From assembly GCA_051985995.1 (NCBI GenBank), contig JBPYDU010000044.1:2794-66793 (forward strand): a stretch of 64,000 nt of DNA, written 5' to 3'. Positions 40,045-51,110 of this stretch are shown here, piece by piece; position 1 is the first letter of the stretch; each line of letters opens with the position of its first letter. This DNA is from Candidatus Nitrosopolaris sp. Its GTDB lineage: Archaea > Thermoproteota > Nitrososphaeria > Nitrososphaerales > Nitrososphaeraceae. A program made the position numbers and the translations under genes. Below the pieces are notes generated by a model. That model worked only from the letters and a program-made list of their open reading frames with translations, was not told where the DNA came from and ran no database searches.

Positions 40045-41679
40045 TCAATTAACTAGATATTTTTCAAGAATTTGGCATGTTCTATCCAAGCCAAGATCGA
40101 TAACATAATTCCCAATTCTAGGTCCTCGGTCTGCGTTAATGAGCATTTTGTAGAGTAACCGGAAAAATTCTTTGGGCTCTATTTGATTATTTCTGGCTAT
40201 CTCGAAAACTCGCGACTGAAGATTGTTCGGGGTTTCTGGATCTTGTTCGCTGCCAATGAATGACTTGAAGGCATCCAAAATTTCCCTAATTGCCTTTCTT
40301 TTGGTCTCATCTACTTCGATTTCGATTCTTTCCGCGGTTAATGTGACGAGGTCATCTGCCCAATTTGAGGCGAGCTCGATACGTTCCAATATGCGTTCTG
40401 TTTTATCTTGTACGAATCCGTACTTCAATATCCTTGTAAATATCTTTGACGTCCTGTCGTCGTCTCCGGAGAATAGTGTGGCCTGTTGGACTAGCAATCT
40501 ATATGGTATGTGTGGTTGTGGTTGCCGCGGAGGCTTTAAGTGGTTGATATATTCGTAGAGGCCTTTGATTTTCATTAGTTTGGCTGCATTTAACTCTTTC
40601 AACTTACCGAAATAGAAGTCTTCGTATAGATCGTATTCATCCATTAAAGTGGGGATATCATCGACGCAAACATGACGAGTACCGGTTATCCGTTTAAATA
40701 ATAACAACAGCATAGATTCTGGTGTCCCGTATTTTAGCCACATCTGAGGGGTAAGTACGTTACCTGAGGACTTGCTAATTTTCTTCCCTCCCTTGTCTAG
40801 AAACAATTCATACTTGACATGCATGGGGTGAGAGAATCCGAGAATATCATTGGATACCCAATCATTTATTCGCACAGAATCCATTATATCCTTTCCGTAT
40901 GCCTCGAACCTGACGTCCAGGGATTGCCATCTTGCAGCAAATTCAACTTTCCATGCCAATTTTCCTTCTCCTTTGCGAATATCAGCTTCACCTTTGAACC
41001 CACAGCCTGTAATTTCTTGTTGGCCAATCCTGCTTCCGGAACAAGTATACACTACCTTCATTTCATCGGGAAGATATTGTTGGGCATTTGCAACATACAG
41101 CCTCCTACAAACCTTACAAATCGGAAAATATGGGATAGTCTCTATATACTTTTGTTGGCCAACCAACTGGGATATTTTTTTGCCCAGGCGCTCGCTGTTT
41201 CTTAGTATCTTATCGATTTGATCGACGAGAATTCCTTTGCGGTACGCTTCGGTGGCACTTTGAAACCGGTATTTTACCTTAATTCTGTCGAGTGCATCCA
41301 ACAGGAGACCACTCATATGCTCGCCATATGATGCATGACAGCTACCTGTCGGATCTGGTATTGTTGAAACGGGTTTCGCAAGATGCTCGTTAAGCCATAC
41401 TGGCAGACCTTGAGGTACTTTTCTTAGTCCGTCCATGTCATCTGAATATGCGATTAATTCAGATCTATAGCCAAAGTTCCCAAGAGCCTGCGCAATTCCA
41501 TAGGCTCTCACTGCATCACCTATACTACCGATATGCGGAAGCCCGGATGCTCCTAATCCACTTTCCACACGGATCATATCCAAGCTCCTGCCCAGTCGTT
41601 TCTCGCGTCTTAAGAGAGTGTTTGCTACTTTATCAATCCAAGTGCCTTTTCCGATAATCTGTTCTTCTTCTGTGGTCAT
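40045..41679 (-). CDS. lysS: Class I lysyl-tRNA synthetase
   Basis: SGLGASGLPHIG, DDMDGLRKVP, GKLAWKVEFAARW, FEAYGKD, KISKSSGN, GPR.G. Confidence 0.96.
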   Translation of the reverse strand: MTTEEEQIIGKGTWIDKVANTLLRREKRLGRSLDMIRVESGLGASGLPHIGSIGDAVRAYGIAQALGNFGYRSELIAYSDDMDGLRKVPQGLPVWLNEHLAKPVSTIPDPTGSCHASYGEHMSGLLLDALDRIKVKYRFQSATEAYRKGILVDQIDKILRNSERLGKKISQLVGQQKYIETIPYFPICKVCRRLYVANAQQYLPDEMKVVYTCSGSRIGQQEITGCGFKGEADIRKGEGKLAWKVEFAARWQSLDVRFEAYGKDIMDSVRINDWVSNDILGFSHPMHVKYELFLDKGGKKISKSSGNVLTPQMWLKYGTPESMLLLLFKRITGTRHVCVDDIPTLMDEYDLYEDFYFGKLKELNAAKLMKIKGLYEYINHLKPPRQPQPHIPYRLLVQQATLFSGDDDRTSKIFTRILKYGFVQDKTERILERIELASNWADDLVTLTAERIEIEVDETKRKAIREILDAFKSFIGSEQDPETPNNLQSRVFEIARNNQIEPKEFFRLLYKMLINADRGPRIGNYVIDLGLDRTCQILEKYLVN

Positions 41680-41688
41680 TAACGTTAA

Positions 41689-43365
41689 TTAGAGCACCTT
41701 TGACATATAGGGACCATCAGTCTGGTATCCAAGCTTCTTGTAGTATCCTCTAGTTCCTACTGCACTTAGTACGAATAACTTGCTTCCTCCATACTCCTGC
41801 TTTACAATCCTTTCTGCCTCTTGCATCAACTGAGAACCATATCCGCTGTGCTGATAGCATCTATCTTCCTGTCTAGAGCCTACATTTAACATTGGTCCGT
41901 ATATATGAAGTTCTCTCACGATTGAGGCTTGGTTTAGTTCCTTTCTATGAGGAATGTTTGTTCGACGTAATCGTAAGAAACCCAGAATCTTTGAATGATC
42001 TCTGATCTCGAAAGATAAAAATATTTCTGTTCCATGAGCCGCGAAGTAATCGATCCTATTCAAGACAATTTCCTCCTTGCGCATCGATACTTTTCCACGT
42101 AAACCAACCTCTCTACATCTTATGCAATTGCATCTTAAACCTTGGTCACGAAATTTGCGTAGTACAATCTGTCTAAGGTTTCCGAATTTTGGCCCAGCGA
42201 TAATATCACTTGGCTCTATCTCCCTCTGAACGCGCATAATTCTAATCCATGGAGGAACCTTCTTTTTTATCGCTATCAAAACGTTTACCAATTCATCCTG
42301 AGAATATGGTGTATATCTTCCACTCATGTAGAGTTTGTACAAAGGGGTGTCTCTAAGGACGAGTGTAGGATATATCTTCAACATATCTGGCTTGAAGAGA
42401 GGATTTTCGAACAAGGTGTTAAAGTCTTGTATATCTTTCTCCGGTGATGAACCTGGCAATCCAGGCATCATATGGGCGACGATCTTAAACCCGCTATCGC
42501 GTGCAATTTGAAACGATTCGATAACATCGTCAAGATCGTGCCCGCGGTTGACAATCTTATAAACGCCCTCTTGCAAGGACTGAACTCCTACTTCTACGCG
42601 TGTAACACCCATCTCAAGCATCAAATCAATATGCTGCTGCTTACAAAAATCAGGTTTTGTTTCTATCGTTAGACCGACGCATCGAGTCTTCGTTGTCTCA
42701 TTTATTTTCATCGCTTCGCGCAGGCTTAAGGAATTACCGTTGTCATTATTTAAGGCATCAAAACATGATTTCACAAATTCTCTTTGATAATCATGAGGCA
42801 TAAACGGAAAAGTACCACCTACAATGACAAGCTCAACCTTACCTGCGTCATGGCCTAGGGACAAGATATGAGATAATTTTGATCGAATCTGTGCGTAGGG
42901 ATTGTATCCGAACTTTTGAGCAAGGATTGTTGCAGGTTCACGTCCTGTGTAACTCAAGGGAGTGTTCGCCTGAATCCCACCAGGACAATATAAACACCTG
43001 CCCTGTGGACATGCATACGGTTTCGGCATTACTGCAATTATCGCCACACCAGATGCAGTCTTTACAGGTTTGACCATCAAAAGTTTTCGGTAAGAATCTA
43101 AATTATCGAGATATTCTAAAATGTCTTGGTTTCTTGGCAAGGTAGAAAGGCAATATCTAGCTGACGCGTCTCTCACAATTTTCGCAATCTCATCGCGTGA
43201 CAAGTTGTTTCTCGACTGAATCTGCGAAGCAATATGCCTGCACGCAGAAACATAGTTAGCTTCGAGTTTTTCTTCTGTCTCGCTTGAAAATGAGAGATTC
43301 CTCAACAACTTGGATTTAGCTGTCAGAATACTTATTAATATTATCCCGAGACGTATCGGCAACAA
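41689..43365 (-). CDS. elp3: tRNA U34 carboxymethyltransferase Elp3 (radical SAM plus KAT)
   Basis: KTASGVA, CPQGRCLYCPGG, GGTF, IETKPD, HMMPGLP, KIYPTLV, VRELHIYG, QHSGYG; true start probably about 20 codons downstream. Confidence 0.95.
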   Translation of the reverse strand: MLPIRLGIILISILTAKSKLLRNLSFSSETEEKLEANYVSACRHIASQIQSRNNLSRDEIAKIVRDASARYCLSTLPRNQDILEYLDNLDSYRKLLMVKPVKTASGVAIIAVMPKPYACPQGRCLYCPGGIQANTPLSYTGREPATILAQKFGYNPYAQIRSKLSHILSLGHDAGKVELVIVGGTFPFMPHDYQREFVKSCFDALNNDNGNSLSLREAMKINETTKTRCVGLTIETKPDFCKQQHIDLMLEMGVTRVEVGVQSLQEGVYKIVNRGHDLDDVIESFQIARDSGFKIVAHMMPGLPGSSPEKDIQDFNTLFENPLFKPDMLKIYPTLVLRDTPLYKLYMSGRYTPYSQDELVNVLIAIKKKVPPWIRIMRVQREIEPSDIIAGPKFGNLRQIVLRKFRDQGLRCNCIRCREVGLRGKVSMRKEEIVLNRIDYFAAHGTEIFLSFEIRDHSKILGFLRLRRTNIPHRKELNQASIVRELHIYGPMLNVGSRQEDRCYQHSGYGSQLMQEAERIVKQEYGGSKLFVLSAVGTRGYYKKLGYQTDGPYMSKVL

Positions 43366-43450
43366 TAATTCCCATTAAACCGAAGGACGAAGGAACGAAT
43401 CTAAACCAAAGAACGAATTTCAATCGCTTCCATTATCTACTGACAGAGGA

Positions 43451-44521
43451 TTATAGGACGTTATTCTTGCCATTTAATTTGACTATTACATTCCCTCTGC
43501 CTTTGTTATCAACTGTACCGATCTGAATGCATCTCATTCTGTATTTCTCAAATATACTGAAAACATTGTCGACGGAGTTCCTTGGGACTATTACACAAAA
43601 TCCTATTCCCATGTTGAATGTTCTGTACATCTCTTTTATGTCAACGCGTCCATCAACGTGTATTTGTTTAAATATGCCCTGCATTGGAGGCAAACTGTTA
43701 AGCATGTACCTTACACGTTTATTTAATCGAGCCAACTTTGTGAACGAGCTTCCGGTAATGTGAGCTAAACCGTGAACGTGAATAGTGTTTTTGTGGCTTA
43801 AGATTTCGACAATTGGTTTGACATATATTCGGGTAGGAGTTAGCAGTTCTTCCCCAACTGTATGAATCAAATGTCCCGGAGTTTCGTCTAAAGAGTATTT
43901 TGAAAGAAGAACCTTTCGAGCCAAAGTATAGCCATTCGAATGTAGTCCGCTACTTTCAACTCCTAGGATTACATCGCCTTCAGTGATTCTTTGACCTAAA
44001 ACAAGATCCGACTTCCTCGCAACGCTTCCGAGAACCATACCTGCAAGGTCAAAGGCGTTCTCATCATCGAAGCCCGAAATAACATCCGGGAGAATTGATG
44101 TCTCTCCTCCCACAATAGGAACGTGAGACTCTTTTGCTCCGTCAACGAGACCTTTTAGGATCTGTTGCAAAAGTGTTTTATTTGCAGATCTAAGCGCTAT
44201 ATAATCAACAAATGCTAAAGGTCTTGCCCCGACGCAAATGATATCGTTAACGTTCATTGCAATACAGTCGAGGCCTATTGTATCGAAACGATTCATCATC
44301 TGAGCTACTAGTATTTTCGATCCGACGCCGTCAGCGTGTAGTGCCAATACTATATTGCCAAGGTCGATCAGCCCTGCATACCCACCGTAGCCGGAAAGAA
44401 CTCTACCGGTAAACGGCAATAAATGAGTACCAGAAATCAGCGCCCCAATTTTTTTTTGGGCTTTATATATCATTTTTATATCTATACCCAAGTTGGCATA
44501 GGTCAACCTTTTTTTCCTCAA
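43451..44521 (-). CDS. purM: Phosphoribosylaminoimidazole synthetase
   Basis: DGVGSK, DCIAMNVND, VGGET, SSGLHSNGY, LLTPTRIY, AHITG, TFNMGIG. Confidence 0.97.
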   Translation of the reverse strand: MRKKRLTYANLGIDIKMIYKAQKKIGALISGTHLLPFTGRVLSGYGGYAGLIDLGNIVLALHADGVGSKILVAQMMNRFDTIGLDCIAMNVNDIICVGARPLAFVDYIALRSANKTLLQQILKGLVDGAKESHVPIVGGETSILPDVISGFDDENAFDLAGMVLGSVARKSDLVLGQRITEGDVILGVESSGLHSNGYTLARKVLLSKYSLDETPGHLIHTVGEELLTPTRIYVKPIVEILSHKNTIHVHGLAHITGSSFTKLARLNKRVRYMLNSLPPMQGIFKQIHVDGRVDIKEMYRTFNMGIGFCVIVPRNSVDNVFSIFEKYRMRCIQIGTVDNKGRGNVIVKLNGKNNVL

Positions 44522-45266
44522 GGTGGCAGCTTATCAATATATCTTCTAATAAATATTCAATTCGTACACCTTCTAAGCGCAAACGTGAGAAGCTGTGCTA
44601 TACCATTCTACAACCACGATTTCTGAATAGAAATCTTCGAGATTCTACCCTACTTTCAAATAGCACTTCTTGTATTCAATTTAAGAATCGCGCTGGGCGA
44701 GGAATTATGGGCGATCTAGCGTTATTATTACGATATTTAATTCCGTGTTCACTTATGTATTCAAAGCATCTAAGCAGCCTGACGATCGATTGCTCCTCGA
44801 CTAATGATTTCATTATTCGTTCCAAATTAACATCTGTCAAGTGAGTGCTTGTAAACAATAAAATTATTAACGATTGTGACTTACTGGCATCACTAATAAT
44901 TATGCTATTAACTTATAACAGATACATCTGGGCGATCTTCACATATGAATGTACTATGCCTCCGCAAATACCAAAATACCAGATTCTGACATGTATCGGG
45001 GATTGATTTGTGTACCTTTTATCTTCTGAGCAGCCTCGAACATTTGAACGCATTCGAACAATCTGAGATCTCTACCATTTGTATACTAACAAACTGAGAT
45101 ATACGTTGCTCGACCTGTTCCAACGATATGCTGTTAGAGGCTTCAATCCGACTACCTCGGCTCTAAATCATAGGCTGACAGTTTATCAGACGAGTCCGCT
45201 GAAAGGCGACAAGTAGGGACCAGCATTTAGGTCGGAACAATTGGAACACTCTCGAATAGAATTTAT

Positions 45267-45629
45267 CTAATCTATTGATAAGTCATCATCCATCGCCTCA
45301 AGACACTGCAGAACTAGTTCTCGACTTCTTTTCATCATCCACTTCGGAAATTCATCCAGGGAGAATACATGTTGTTGCTGAAAGCTTGGTGGGATAAAAC
45401 CTCCGTGTGTATAAACTTGGACGAGCGCATACCTTTCGCTGACAAGTGTAGCCACTTCTTCTTCGCCGGCACATTCGGATTCTTCGATCGTTTTCCTGTA
45501 CAAGACAATAGGCTTTCCCAATCTGTTGGCAATGACCGATGCCTTTTTTAGCTTTTCTCTGAACCTCTCAATCATCCAATCGTCAAGTGTTATTTGTTTT
45601 TCATCGATGGCTACTTGTTTATTTGTCAA
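45267..45629 (-). CDS. Conserved hypothetical protein
   Basis: 120 aa with natural composition (THGGFIPPSFQQQ). Confidence 0.7.
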   Translation of the reverse strand: MTNKQVAIDEKQITLDDWMIERFREKLKKASVIANRLGKPIVLYRKTIEESECAGEEEVATLVSERYALVQVYTHGGFIPPSFQQQHVFSLDEFPKWMMKRSRELVLQCLEAMDDDLSID

Positions 45630-45815
45630 CTTGATTATTAACAGTCCGAGTTTTTATTTATAACCATATGAGAATATTTTTTGACATAATAGTATCCTCC
45701 CGTCTAGTATACAGAAGCTCATAACTTTGATACAGCTATTACCTAATTGTAATCTGATCAAACATATATTACCTTATAGAAATAATATTGCATACCTTTT
45801 AGTGAAAAGTTTCTG

Positions 45816-48800
45816 CTATTCTACGGAGATTTCCAATATCCTCTCATCAAGCTGTATTGTTTTGTAATTAACCTTCTCAATAGATCCTTCGGAGAGAACA
45901 ATTGACTTGACTCGCACCAGATGTAACAATTCTTCCCTCATTGAATATAACGAGGATATTTCCTCTTCAACTAAATTTGCAACAAAAGCAGTTGAAATTA
46001 TATCTGTGGGATTATACCCGCGCTCTTTTCGAAGTTGTTGCAGATTTCTTGCGAGATCTCTTAGTATGCCCTTCATGATCAAATCTTTATCTCGCTTTGT
46101 GTCGATGAAGACCAGAACGTTGTTTCGTTCTGACATGGCGTACCCTTCCTTTACGGCATATGAGAACTCTAAATCGTTGGATGATAGGTCTATTTGTTTG
46201 CCGTCATATGATATTGTATATTTATCTGACGCCTCAAGCGAATTGATCAGTGCCAGCTTATCAACTCTCTCAAGGGCCTGGGTGACTTTATCGATATCGG
46301 ACCTCACTCTGGATCCTACATTCCTTTTTACCAAAAAAGCATTGAGAACAATGGGAAGATCATTCTCGATTAGACTTTGCATTTTTTGCAGAAAGCTTCC
46401 ACCTTTCACTTCAAAGATGCGGAAGCTTTCAACATTCAGCTGGGTTACCAATATTTCAGCAATTCCGTCTGATTGTAACAAGTCAGTATCTGATGTACAG
46501 ATAAGGGCTTCCTTTACGGGCCAACGCCGCTTTAACGTAGCTTTCGTTCTTGCAGCATTTGAGAGTGATATGATTTCCTTACATTTATCTACGGCTTGCT
46601 CGACGATGTTGTTAACAAGATTATTGTCATATTCAGGCCAACATTCTAGCAATACACTCTGTTTATTTGGGAAACATGCCATGTAAAGGTATTCTGTAAT
46701 GAACGGCGTTAACGGATTCAGCATTATGTCTATTTTTTCTAGGGAGTGTGCCAACACTGCATAAATTGCCAATCTTCGATCGAGTCCTTCAGGAGTGTCA
46801 TCCCAGAGATAATTTCTAGTAACAGGGATGTACATTTGGCTCACAATATTGACTATAAAATCCTCCACGGCCCTCGCGCCTTCGTTGAATCTACATCTTT
46901 CGAATGATTGGGAAACTTGCCTAACTAGATTTTGGAGTTTTGAAGTAAGCCAGATTTCAGATAGGGACATTAGGTCATTAGTTTGCACCCACTTTAGATC
47001 ATGTCTTCGTAGGTCAAATCCATCAAATGTGCTGTTCTGTCTAAAGTAAACATGCAAGTAATACAATGTGCTTATTATTTGGTAAGGCCTTGATAGAATT
47101 TCCTGAAGGTTGAATTTCAGAGAATCAATGGGAGAGCACTTCCAAATAAAATAAAATCGAATTAAATCAACAGGATGCTCACCAAGTAAAACGTGTGCAT
47201 CTATCACATTGCCAAGGCTTTTACTCATCTTGTTACCTTTTTCGTCAAGTACGTGTCCTTGGAAAAGAAATGAAAGGAATGGGGGGACTGCAAGTTGATT
47301 CATAATAACGTTCTCGATTAAAAGAGTATACGCCCAGCCTCGGGTTTGATCTATTCCCTCTGTCATAAACACAGCAGGAATTAATTTTTTGTACTCGTAA
47401 TCGCTGAGTGAAGCGTAAGGAGCCGCCCCGCTGTTATGCCACGTATCCAAGACGAAAAGTTCCCTTCGCATGATAGAACCACATTTTTCACATCTTATTT
47501 CGATCCTATCGATCTGTGGTCGATGCAGCTCGAAGCCTGGACCGTCTGGCAATGAGATCGATTTTTTCAGGATTTCCTCTCTTGAAAAGGACGCATCTTT
47601 GTGTTGACATTTGCTGCAAGACCATATTGGGAGCGGGGTCCCCCATATACGCTCCCTTGTGATACACCATGGGACTTTTTCTTTGATAATTTCTAGAAAT
47701 CTATTTTTTGGAGCTTCAAAAAAATAGTCAACTCCGTCTGCAGCTTCTGTCGGCATTTCTCCAAGCCTATCTATGATATAGAAGTACTCACGTCTTGCAA
47801 GCCAGACTAGTTTATGTTGGGAACGCCAGCATGTTGGATACTGGTGTCTGATCTTTCCGATCTTAAGTAGAGTCTGCGACGTCCGCAATGCTTCAACGAC
47901 TCTTACATCGGCGTCTCTTACAAAAGTATTCGCGAAGGATCCAGCTTCTGAGGTAAAATTTACCCTATCGTCTATCGGTACAAAGATCGGCAGATTCATT
48001 TTTGTGGCAATTTCAAAATCTTTCTCGCCATTTGCGGGAGATAGATGTACTATTCCGCTTCCAGTTGATACATCCACAAATTCCTCTGCTACTATAAAAT
48101 GTATCAATCCTGCAGCAGCTAACTCTTGTAACTTTGGGATCATTCCTAATAGCGGATGAACATAATGAATTCCGTCAAGCTCTTTGCCTAAAACAGTTCT
48201 GTGCACGAAATAGCCTGTGATGTGCAACTCGCTCATTAGATCTTTCAGTCTGTTTTCAGCTATAATCCACACCTCAGTATTTACGTTGATGTAAACATAC
48301 GCCGCATTTGGATTAACCCCAACCATTTCATCCGTTACAAGTGTAAATGGCATCGTAGTCCACACAACCAAATAGACATCCTGATCGGATAATTTGACCT
48401 TATAATATAATGAAGGATCTTCAATATTCTCGTATGCCTGATTTACTTCAGCATTGCTGAGAGATGTCTGACATCCAGGACAATAGGCCACTACCCTAAA
48501 CCATTCCCTCAACAGTCCGGATTCCCATGCTTTTTTTAGATATCTCCACTCCCTCTCAATGTACTCGTCGCGGAACGTCCAGTAGGCTTTTTCATAGTTA
48601 AAAGACATTCCCAATAACTTATCAGAAGTAATCCAACTTTCATTGTATCTGTGAATCACCTTCTTACAAGCCTCTACAATTTTTTCTAGTCCTACTTTGT
48701 TTACATTTTCTATCTTACTTCCGGTTAAGCCTAATTCCTTTTCAGCCTGCAATTCGACCGGTAAACCCTGCGTGTCCCAACCAGCCCTGAACAGAACCTT

Positions 48801-49043
48801 TTTTTTCTGAAGTGATCTAAATCGGTACCAAAGATCCTTAATTATGCGTCCCCTTAGGTGCCCAGCGTGCGGTTCGCCGTTCATTGTGGGAGGTCCCTCT
48901 ATAAAAGCGACCAACTCTTTGTTTTCCCGCAATTCGTCTTCTAGGAGAGATCTTAAGTCAATATCGTGGAGGTAGTGGCGAATCTCAGTTTCAATAGCCT
49001 TTGCATCATATTTGCCTGCAAGTTCCATCTGCACGAGTGGCAA
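45816..49043 (-). CDS. ileS: Isoleucyl-tRNA synthetase (archaeal/eukaryotic type)
   Basis: EGPPT.NG.PHAGH, GWDTQGLPVE, VWTTMP, GSGIVH, WCITR.R.WGTP, EGIDQTRGW, KMSKS. Confidence 0.97.
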   Translation of the reverse strand: MPLVQMELAGKYDAKAIETEIRHYLHDIDLRSLLEDELRENKELVAFIEGPPTMNGEPHAGHLRGRIIKDLWYRFRSLQKKKVLFRAGWDTQGLPVELQAEKELGLTGSKIENVNKVGLEKIVEACKKVIHRYNESWITSDKLLGMSFNYEKAYWTFRDEYIEREWRYLKKAWESGLLREWFRVVAYCPGCQTSLSNAEVNQAYENIEDPSLYYKVKLSDQDVYLVVWTTMPFTLVTDEMVGVNPNAAYVYINVNTEVWIIAENRLKDLMSELHITGYFVHRTVLGKELDGIHYVHPLLGMIPKLQELAAAGLIHFIVAEEFVDVSTGSGIVHLSPANGEKDFEIATKMNLPIFVPIDDRVNFTSEAGSFANTFVRDADVRVVEALRTSQTLLKIGKIRHQYPTCWRSQHKLVWLARREYFYIIDRLGEMPTEAADGVDYFFEAPKNRFLEIIKEKVPWCITRERIWGTPLPIWSCSKCQHKDASFSREEILKKSISLPDGPGFELHRPQIDRIEIRCEKCGSIMRRELFVLDTWHNSGAAPYASLSDYEYKKLIPAVFMTEGIDQTRGWAYTLLIENVIMNQLAVPPFLSFLFQGHVLDEKGNKMSKSLGNVIDAHVLLGEHPVDLIRFYFIWKCSPIDSLKFNLQEILSRPYQIISTLYYLHVYFRQNSTFDGFDLRRHDLKWVQTNDLMSLSEIWLTSKLQNLVRQVSQSFERCRFNEGARAVEDFIVNIVSQMYIPVTRNYLWDDTPEGLDRRLAIYAVLAHSLEKIDIMLNPLTPFITEYLYMACFPNKQSVLLECWPEYDNNLVNNIVEQAVDKCKEIISLSNAARTKATLKRRWPVKEALICTSDTDLLQSDGIAEILVTQLNVESFRIFEVKGGSFLQKMQSLIENDLPIVLNAFLVKRNVGSRVRSDIDKVTQALERVDKLALINSLEASDKYTISYDGKQIDLSSNDLEFSYAVKEGYAMSERNNVLVFIDTKRDKDLIMKGILRDLARNLQQLRKERGYNPTDIISTAFVANLVEEEISSLYSMREELLHLVRVKSIVLSEGSIEKVNYKTIQLDERILEISVE

Positions 49044-49119
49044 TCTCCTCTTGACTCGTGTTTATGTTTTTTGTTTAACAATTCAATAAGAATATATTCT
49101 ATCTAAAGGGCGGTAAGTA

Positions 49120-49668
49120 GTGAATTTGACGAATAAATGTACCGTGAGTACTGGCGAATCTGCTCCTGAGGAAATTAACGTAGTAATAGAGATCCCTAAG
49201 GGCAGCAGCATAAAGTATGAATTAGACAACGCGAGCGGATTACTCTTCGTGGACAGAATTTTGCTCAGTGCAATGTATTATCCATGCAACTACGGATTCG
49301 TTCCTCAAACGAAGGAAGAGGATGGAGACCCGATTGATGTACTCGTTCTTGGTAACGATCCTATAATACCATTGGCTGTTATAAAAGCTCGCCCTGTGGG
49401 GGTCTTGCTTACCGAGGATGAGAAAGGCCAGGATTCAAAAATTGTATCCGTTCCGTTAAACAAGGTAGATCCAAGCTTTTCACCCGTTAGGGAGGTCGAC
49501 GACATCCCTGAGCATTTACGTAATCAGATTACCCATTTTTTTGAACACTACAAAGAGTTAGAAGAGGGAAAATTTGTCAAGGTTGTAGGATGGAAAGGAG
49601 GAGAAATCGCAAAGAAGCATATCTCCTGGGCGATGAACAAATTCAGAAGCTCAGACCTAGTAGTCTAG
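49120..49668 (+). CDS. ppa: Inorganic pyrophosphatase (family I)
   Basis: IEIPKGS.IKYE, YPCNYGF, DGDPIDV, HFFEHYK.LE. Confidence 0.97.
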   Translation: MNLTNKCTVSTGESAPEEINVVIEIPKGSSIKYELDNASGLLFVDRILLSAMYYPCNYGFVPQTKEEDGDPIDVLVLGNDPIIPLAVIKARPVGVLLTEDEKGQDSKIVSVPLNKVDPSFSPVREVDDIPEHLRNQITHFFEHYKELEEGKFVKVVGWKGGEIAKKHISWAMNKFRSSDLVV

Positions 49669-49701
49669 CGCCAGAGAGAAGGATTCATTTTTCGTGTTGA
49701 C

Positions 49702-50928
49702 TCATAGTGCCTTAAACTGGTCACTCCATCTCATATAGGCTCTAATCATATCGGTACTCACACTTGCTTTTCTGATCTTAAAAATTTCCTTGAAGTCAGA
49801 CATGTTAATGGCTCGTGGATTCGACTTTGCTTCCATTGCCTTTCCGCTCTCAAATAACTCGTTAACTACTCTCAGCTGTGCTGACTGACAGATGTCCTTA
49901 ATATCACTTGCACTATACCCCTCCCCTAACTTGGCAAGAGCTTCGGAGCTCAAAGAGGGTTCTTTTTTTAGTGCCGAGGTATATTGAACAAATAAATTAG
50001 TTCTTGAATTATTGTCGGGGAGCGTTACGTAGATTCTTTTTTGGAATCGTCTAAGGAACCCTGCTTCTAAACTCCATGGCTTGTTAGTCGCCCCAATAAC
50101 GTAAAGAAGTAACTCTTTTGATTTGCTATTTATTCCGTCCATTTCGGTAAGGAATTGGTTCTTTACCCTAACTTCGCCACCGACCTCGCCATTCCTTGTT
50201 CCAAGTAGAGAGTCTATTTCATCTACGAAAAGCAAGACCGGCGCATTTTCATGGTCGTTGAGTTTACGTGCCATCGCGAACAATTTAGAGACGTTTTTTT
50301 CTGCTTCACCCAGCCATTTGCTCATCATAGAAGCTGCATCAACATTGATGAAGTAACCATCAATCTCAGCTGCAGCCGCTGCTGCGATCAAAGTCTTCCC
50401 ACACCCTGGAGGTCCATAAAGCATTATGCCTCTGGGCCACCCTAGAGGAAACAAATCCGCTCTTTTTGTAGGATAAACAATAGATTCCCTTATGGCTCGC
50501 TTCGCATCCTCCTGCCCAATAACCTCATTCCAGCGAACTGTTGGTTTTTCCTTCAATACGAGGTCATCTAGAGCACCATCCAACGGGTCAGCAGCCTGTG
50601 CGTTTGGGTGTCCAGCAGAATTGGTTTGCTGATTAGAATTAATTGTCCGAATCTTCTTAGTGGGTTCGTCATGCTTCGTCGAGCTAATCTCATCGAGGTT
50701 GGGTGACTTGCGCAACGCTTCAATCCTACTTTGATATGCACCTGCCCTCTCGATATAGATCTTATTTAATTTGTATTCTGGATAAACCTGTACTAACTTT
50801 ACTAGTGACTCGATTGCCCGCTGATATGACTGTATGGCCATCCCTCTCGACCCTTGAGAATCTAATCGAATAGCTTCTGCTGCATACTTACTTGCGCTAT
50901 TCTCCAATTCTTGGGGAGCCAGACTCAT
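49702..50928 (-). CDS. cdvC: Vps4-like AAA ATPase CdvC
   Basis: N-terminal MIT domain; FPLGWPRGIMLYGPPGCGKT, MSKWLGEAEKNV, FVDEIDSL, GATNKPW, RRFQKRIY. Confidence 0.95.
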   Translation of the reverse strand: MSLAPQELENSASKYAAEAIRLDSQGSRGMAIQSYQRAIESLVKLVQVYPEYKLNKIYIERAGAYQSRIEALRKSPNLDEISSTKHDEPTKKIRTINSNQQTNSAGHPNAQAADPLDGALDDLVLKEKPTVRWNEVIGQEDAKRAIRESIVYPTKRADLFPLGWPRGIMLYGPPGCGKTLIAAAAAAEIDGYFINVDAASMMSKWLGEAEKNVSKLFAMARKLNDHENAPVLLFVDEIDSLLGTRNGEVGGEVRVKNQFLTEMDGINSKSKELLLYVIGATNKPWSLEAGFLRRFQKRIYVTLPDNNSRTNLFVQYTSALKKEPSLSSEALAKLGEGYSASDIKDICQSAQLRVVNELFESGKAMEAKSNPRAINMSDFKEIFKIRKASVSTDMIRAYMRWSDQFKAL

Positions 50929-51110
50929 AGTAGAATGATTACCGCTTAGTAAAAATTAAAACTTCGTTTGAATTACTATGATGTAAATCTATGTTGCGTA
51001 AGAAACTAAATAATTTGCACATATGTCATAGTGTTTCCACTGCCAATTTTTTTTCAGCCCAAAGAATCATAGATGGAGGTATACAAAGCAATCTATAGTG
51101 TTGTATGGAT

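Noticed and set aside
45186-45214. Hammerhead ribozyme-like CAGACGAGTC...GAC
   Set aside because: The core deviates from CUGANGA and lacks the GAAA after stem II; stems I and III were not found.
45907-46686. 259-aa + strand ORF, and similar antisense ORFs such as 9023-9610, 18342-18791 and 25743-26186
   Set aside because: They lie wholly antisense to well-supported genes, have no motifs and show typical shadow-ORF composition.
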